Assembly: GCA_964016885.1 (NCBI GenBank)
Contig: OZ024741.1
Span: forward strand, 79,298,001 to 79,362,000
Length of the DNA: 64,000 nucleotides
DNA from: Eledone cirrhosa
Lineage: Eukaryota
Reading direction: 5' to 3'
A model generated the notes under the pieces. The model ran no database searches. It had not been told where the DNA came from and saw nothing but the letters and a program-made list of their open reading frames with translations. Position numbers and translations under genes: made by a program. Positions 57,232 to 64,000 of this stretch are shown in pieces; positions within the stretch are counted from its first letter, which is position 1; each line of letters begins with the position of its first letter.

Positions 57232-57667
57232 TAAAATGAATAAATGTAGGAGTCGCAAGTCGTTGGAACAAAATATTTTTATGCTTCTTACATGATAGTT
57301 CACCTACGTCATCGAGTGATAGAAGATCTTCAGAGAAAGTGTATTTGTTAGTACACATGTCAATCGAAGTTAGTATAACCAGCCAAACTGGTTGAAAATA
57401 CATTCATAGCAGAGTTTGATACTGACGGGAATTTATGTCGCAGTGTATTGTAAACAACCTCCAATGGCGGCTGTAAAAGTGTCATAATAGCCAAGGGTGG
57501 TAACTGCACGGTGAATTAGTTGAAAATTGCCTTTAGGAAATAATTACATATGGTAGCTAGAGAAATGATTTGGCAGAGTGGATTTAATGTGGTTAATATT
57601 GGGTGGTAACTAGGTTCATGTTATGTTGTTGGTTATCAGTATTATTAATTAATTAAGGTATATAATA

Positions 57668-57857
57668 GCGGTGGATTGGCAGTATCGGTAGAGGGTCGGA
57701 CGCCATACTTTGACGCATAGAGTTACGGCCCTTGCCATTCTGAGTTCAAATCCCGCCGAGGTTAACTTTGCCTTTCATCCTTACGGGGTCGATAAAATAA
57801 AGTACCAGTAATTCGTTGGAATAATTGCTGGCCTTGTGCCAAAAAGTAGAAACAATT
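57668..57857 (+). mobile_element. tRNA-type SINE, full length with TSD
   Basis: AATTAATTAAGGTAT at 57647-57661 and 57854-57868. Confidence 0.88.
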
Positions 57858-58395
57858 AATTAAGGTATTCTGGCTAATCTGTTAGAAGCCAGTATAGGTT
57901 GAGATAGATGGCTACATTGGGTTCAGTGACCAGTTATAGAACAAATGCTGTAGTCTGTGACGGCAGTTTATAACGGTTTCTGCCCTGCTATTAATAAATG
58001 TGTGTGGGGGAGCTTACTATATAGTATGTTTCCATCAGGCATAACTGACATTTCTTCTTAAAGTTGTAAGGCGCTGCTCGACCTATTATACTCCACTGAG
58101 TAGTGTAGCTTATGTGAGATTCTATTAATTATAATTGTAAGGGAGGTTGAGAACCTGAGTTTCCTATTCCTAAACGAGTGGAGGTGCATTCTAAATAGTG
58201 TCTTGAACTCATTAGAGGTGGCGCCTATGTAAGATTTGGTGCAATTGTTGGTAGTTACTGTGCATTCGTATATAACATTTTTAATCAGGCAGTGACCCTG
58301 GAGTGGGCAGTTGTTAGAGTTTCTGCAATATTTATTTTCACCCAGTTTGGATGGTTATACTAACTTCGATTGACACGTGTACTTACAAATACACT

Positions 58396-58448
58396 TTCTC
58401 TGAAGATCATATATCACTCGATGGCGTAGGTGAAACATCATGTAAGAA
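58396..58448 (+). ncRNA. Type I hammerhead ribozyme (degenerate mirror at ~57285-57337)
   Basis: ttct CTGAAGA ... GAAAC AT-c-AT GTA agaa; stem II weak. Confidence 0.65.
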
Positions 58449-58623
58449 GCATAAAAATATTTTGTTCTAACCACTTGCGACTCCTACATTTATTCATTTT
58501 GCCTATACCTGCTCTGCTTGAACCCTCCACTAAATATTAACCCCTCTTTAATATTTAACACTGCTAACCCAAGCATTGAGCCCACCTCGCTTCGGCTATC
58601 GGCATTTAGTATACTGTATTGCA

Positions 58624-58664
<41 letters not shown>

Positions 58665-58695
58665 CCTCCACCTCCTCTCTTACGATACATATATC

Positions 58696-58750
<55 letters not shown>

Positions 58751-58759
58751 GCTACATGG

Positions 58760-60310
58760 GGGTGATGATATTTGTATATCATATAAACTCGGACTGTCGA
58801 CAATTTCTGAGCTACAGTTTGTTCCCAATAGTTCCATTTTCAACTGTTATTCACAGTTGTTAAGTAATATCTGCAGACATTACATAACTGGGTGTTGGAA
58901 CACGTCCTCAACGGATAATCTTTCCCATTTAAAGTTTGTCCTAAAAAATCATTCATTCATTTCCAGTCGATGCTATCATGTATGCACGTTCCAGAACACT
59001 ATAAAGTCTTTAGTCTCTATTTATTTACAGTTAAATTGCACCATTCGGAAAAAAATCGCACTGGTTAATTATCAACCATGGTCTGTGACGATAATTTTAG
59101 TTATTCAAAATTCATCACACAACTGTGGCTCAAAATGGTAACTGTTGCAGCACTTATAGTGTTTGGCATTATTCTAATCTCTGGCCATTTTGAATATGCT
59201 TAGACCAAAATCATATTCATGACTCCATCAATTTGCCAGCAAAATCTACGTGTATGTGGTTCCATAGTTTGTCTTCCTGTGGCCAGCTTTTCGGTGGATG
59301 TTTAAGTGCACGAATATACTCATCGCAATTTTTATAAAATTGCTCTAGCTCTTGATTCAGAAGTGGCCAATAAACGAAAGTTTGTGTGATTACTTTCATC
59401 CGGTTGATACTTGGATGTCTTATGTGAAACTGCTTGATGACTGCTGTCTGCAGTGGCTGTAGAACCACAACTCGTTTACCAAACACTAAACATCCATTGA
59501 CCACAGATGAGTTACGACGATTGAAAAACTGTTTTATTATGCCATCATTTGTTTTTTGGCCGTCCCAAACATAGATACGTAAAACTTGTTGAAGGAGATG
59601 TTTTTCTGTTTGGTTTTTAGTATGATCTACTGTTATTGGTAGCGCCCGGAATGCATCTGATATTATTTTTGCACCACTGTTTCTGCTTCAACTGTTGCTA
59701 CAACAACCTTTTCTTCTGGGGTGTTTGAATGTCAATAAGATGAGATAATATGTTAGATTGACCAAATTCATTGGATTTTGAAGTTATATTCTCTTAATGT
59801 AGTTTCCCATCGTTTGCTGTGTGAATTTGTATGCACACATAAGTGGTTTATGATCTGTAAACAGCGTAAACCTCTGTCTCCACAGCATCTTAAGAAACCC
59901 TTTGACTGCAAATATTAATGCCAAAGCTTCTTTCTCAATTTGACTGTAATTTCTCTCTTGTTTTGACAATGAGAGAGCTGCACGTACGATGGCTTTCTTC
60001 GAACCACCAGGAAAACAATAAGAGGTAAAATCACCGATTCGTACGTTGGATGCGTCAGCTGCAACTTCTATTGGAAGAGACGGATCCAAATGTGTCAACA
60101 GTAACTCTGAATATAACAGATTGTTGACATTGTTAAAAGCTTCTTGACATGCAGTACAACACTCCCACTTTGCCAAATAATTTATTCAATGGTGCTCTAA
60201 TTTTATGTAATGAGGTAGGAATGCACTGTTATAGCTGACTAAACCAAGAAAAGCTAGAAGCGTGTGGACGTCATGAGGTACAGTTATTGACTTGACAACT
60301 GCTACATTAT
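58760..60310 (-). pseudogene. Degenerate Ty3/Gypsy pol (RT end, RNase H, integrase)
   Basis: AADASN, ERNYSQIEKEALALIFAV, FTDHKPL; H..HP...RMK...VYWP; WNHIHVDFAG; many frameshifts; no LTRs recognised. Confidence 0.85.
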
Positions 60311-60744
60311 TTGGCTCCCATATTTGATTCTTGGCATTCCATAGCTGCCTTTTTCTCCTCGTACTCGCTGGTCATACACACTGATACGTTTCAAAAACAT
60401 GTCCACATTGTTATAAAGATAATTGTGTCAGTAACTTGATTGTTTTTGCAAATGAACGGTCTTAAGGTTATTTGGGCAGGATGAAATTGCAAAAACGATC
60501 ATGTTCTATGGTTCTCAATTTTCTCAACAATAAGCATACTTTGGGGGTCTCATCATCTTTTGTCAGATCTACATTGAGGGTGTCTTCCCACCTTTTGAAC
60601 CAGCGCTATCAAGTAACACTATTTGTAAAGAGTGTGTTTACACTCTTAACAAATTATCCCCTGAAATTGTTTGATGTGTTTATCTTATATATATATGTGT
60701 GTCAATCGATTTCTAATTTAATATGCTATATATATATGGGGGGG

Positions 60745-60876
<132 letters not shown>

Positions 60877-61800
60877 GTTGGAAAGTAACACACGAGTTGA
60901 TATATATAAAAACAAATAGTAGAGAGGAAAAAGCTTTTTTCAGTAGAAATTGCTGAAGAGATTCTTTCAGTATAATATCAAAACTTATTTATTTATAAAG
61001 GAATCACACTTTATCGCCAAATACGAACCCCTTCTAAATGCATCCACTTCGGACTAAACTACAGCTGGCACACTTTAAAATGAACACCCTAGCCAAATTA
61101 ACCCGTCGGCAATGTATCCTTCTCCAAGATTCCAGCAGCTTCTGACAACTATATAATGCAGATCAAACAACCACATAGAAACACCCAAATCAGCAAGTCC
61201 TTGAGGAACTTCACGAATATAATTGAATTAATAGGAGCATTAAGGTGTCAAAATAAATGCTTTACAATATGTACGACCCGGTTCGTTTTAGCTTTGAATC
61301 CCGCCAACGTCATCCTTCTTCCTCATCCTTCATGGGCCTACAATATAGTTGGTTGGTTGTTTTCCCGTAATAGAATCGATGAAATCTCTTTTCTCCATTC
61401 CCCTGAATCTGGAAGTTTGTACTGAAGATAGAATTAGTATGTCAGTAACCCTGAATCTTTTTGTGGCAAAATTATAAAGTCAACGTCTATTTTTTCCAAG
61501 ATAAAACAATTTATACCAAGATAGATATTTTTAGAAACAATCACCTCCCCGGTCAAATCTAAGGTCACTCAACCAGTCAAACCAATCCCAGCTCGCTTTT
61601 GTAAGCAGTTTTGAAATTGGCTTTCACCACAACAGACTGCTACCACACCTATACCCTGTCTCCTCTTTCTTCTCCCCCACACCACTTACCCCCTCTCCCC
61701 CTACTACTACCAGTCAAAATAAAAAATTTAAACTTCTACTTCTGTCAGCCAACTAACAGAGAAAGAAGGATCTCCTTCTCCCTCTCCGCCCCCTAACTAA

Positions 61801-61846
<46 letters not shown>

Positions 61847-61940
61847 CATGAGAAGAAAGAAGAATACTGCGTGGTTTGCACATGGGTTACATATGATAAA
61901 AATAGTCCTTCGTCAGTGATTTTCCAACCATATACATTGA

Positions 61941-62040
61941 AATAATTGTTTCTACTCTTGGCACAAGGCCAGCAATCACCCAGTACATTACTGTTACTTT
62001 ATTTTATCGACCCCGTAAGGATGAAAGGCAAAGTTAACCT
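61941..62040 (-). mobile_element. tRNA-type SINE, 3' fragment
   Basis: Core and tail only. Confidence 0.75.
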
Positions 62041-62339
62041 GACCTTTCGAAGGTATACAAACGACCAAAATTTACAAAACTGACCTCTATATTTATATAC
62101 TGATCGGACAATAGCACATTTGCCCAATGAGTAATACTTGTCCTTGTTTCGACCAATCCATTTTGTATGCCAAATATTCACACATCTTCCCTTTGGATTA
62201 TTTTACATTCGTAGAAAAGCAATGATTTAGTCTTTCTTGATACCATGTTTCTTCTTCTGCGGCTGAAATAGGAATGTTACATAACAGCCTTATTACTTAA
62301 TATGTTGCCTGTCTTGTTGGTGGTTGTTTGAAGACTGCA

Positions 62340-63410
62340 TTGCATAAACCAAAATCTTTACTTATCCTGGCTGATAAAAGTAAAAGTATTTACAGTGTGG
62401 ATTTAAAAACATTCATATCTTTTTGTATATAAGGAATTGAATAAAAACTACAAAGGACTGTGCATGAAGCCTAAGTGATGAAACAGGGAGATATATAACT
62501 TTGTGAATAAATTAGACCTAAAAGGTCATACTGAACCTTTCATCCTTGAAACCCCGAAATTCACATTAAAGGACCATAAAGATGATTATAACAACAACCC
62601 ATCAATTAGATTATTATACCCATCTACTTCAGACATAGGATTAGTAAAAAAGAATCTAAACAGGATAATACATGCCTTAAAATCGAGATTAAACCTACAA
62701 ATATGGGATGACACCAATGAAGTAGTAAACTGATTCATGAAGCTTAAGAACAAAAGTAAAATGAACTCCATGCAGTTCGACGTAGAAAGTTACTACTCTT
62801 ATATCTCCCCCTAACCTTCTAAATAGATATCTAATTATGGCGAAAAGCGCATTTAACTTGACGAGGGCTCAAATATATCTTATACTTACCACAAGAAAGA
62901 CCATAATCGAATTCGATGGAAGCCTTTGGACCGTAAAAACCGCACTGATAGTGTCGATATCATTATGGGATCGAGTGATTCTGGTAAGATTACTGACTTC
63001 GTTGGTATTTTCGTACTAAGCAAACTAAAAGTATCTTCTCTTCATTTGAAGGGGGTTTATATAATGATGATGTCATCTTTATTATTTGTAGGACTAGTAG
63101 AAATCTTGAAACAAATAAGAAATGCTTGCATAGATTTTTGAAAGTTTATAACTTAGCTATAACTATTGGTAATAGTAATAGAGAAGTAAATTTCTTGGAT
63201 GCAACTTTTGATCTTGATTTCGGGCAATATAAACCTTTCATAACCCCATGAACAGCTTTTCTATGTTAATAATCTATCTAATCTCTCTAGATCCATATTC
63301 AAATCAATAGTACACAGGCTTAATTCCAATAGCATTATTTTTTACCAGTGTGCACAATATTACAATAAGGCATTAATTAGATCATGCTATAACGAGAAAA
63401 TCCAGTATAA
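62340..63410 (+). pseudogene. Degenerate PLE reverse transcriptase (probably Hydra-type)
   Basis: LADKSK, TLKDHKDDYNNNPSIRLLYPS, QFDVESYY, MGSSDSG, GVYNDD, VNFLDATFDL, YYNKAL across frameshifts. Confidence 0.8.
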
Positions 63411-63479
63411 CGTAAGGGAAACAGACATTCTAATATTATCTCACACAATATGTCTTCACCTAAACATAGCTCAAACATA

Positions 63480-63555
<76 letters not shown>

Positions 63556-64000
63556 CTGAAAATGATAACTCTATTGATTACACTCACAATCCTATTTCCC
63601 TCCCTCGTAATGTGTTAATACTCTAAATGTAAATAGAAAATAAACCGCAGATCTTCCACCTGGTTTAAACCACCATTTCGTAAAAGTTTTGCCTTGAAAA
63701 TAATGTGGTTTACCAATGTGATGTTTCTACAATTTACAGCACACAAATTTATATTAGAGCAGTATGTAATAAGTTTAAGTCTCAATTTTATTAACATTTA
63801 TTTTCGTTTAAGAATGAAAAATTCAAAATCTCTACTTCCCTCGCACATTTCATTTGGGGATTTGAAAAACTAGAATGCCAGTTTGTATCTTAATTTGGGT
63901 TATCCTAGACATAGCCTCAGCATATAAACCATGGAAAATGCAATTTATGTTTCACAGAGATCTTTCAACTAATCTAAGTTACCTACTTTAAATAGAAAAT

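Larger units (their letters stand above)
57231..58500 (-). mobile_element. 5'-truncated PLE (GIY-YIG only) with inverted 3' copy and nested SINE
   Basis: Minus 57940-58330 reads CRNSNNCPLQGHCLIKNVIYEC...SYIGATS...APYNFKKKCQLCLME...INSRAE, homologous to 10663-11574; 57232-57400 mirrors 58333-58500. Confidence 0.85.

Noticed and set aside
61905-61921. Minus-strand CTGACGAAGG
   Set aside because: No matching GAAA and stem III downstream

Overview
AT-rich, (TA)n/(CA)n/(GA)n microsatellite-saturated animal DNA. The SINE and MITE families resemble those of octopod cephalopods (inference from recalled consensus, not a search). I found no host exon; almost all tracked ORFs are microsatellite or antisense artefacts. 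The window is dominated by Penelope-like retroelements (PLEs; RT plus C-terminal GIY-YIG) of about three protein types. All are truncated or degenerate, most end in (TA)n, and many carry an inverted copy of their own 3' end. Reading both strands gives about 20 minimal type I hammerhead ribozyme (HHR) motifs in PLE 3' ends and in small non-coding fold-back elements. Four unrelated families use a U3-A8 core (UUGANAA) in place of CUGANGA. The most unusual object is a ~1 kb non-coding element at 28617-29612. Its 200-bp direct repeats contain all hammerhead core modules and pairing stems, in an order that fits none of HHR types I/II/III. Also present: about 12 tRNA-type SINE copies (several with TSDs), hAT-like and piggyBac-like MITEs, Helentron-like non-autonomous elements, a degenerate Ty3/Gypsy pol, and LINE fragments. 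All folds were read by eye and need computational and biochemical confirmation.
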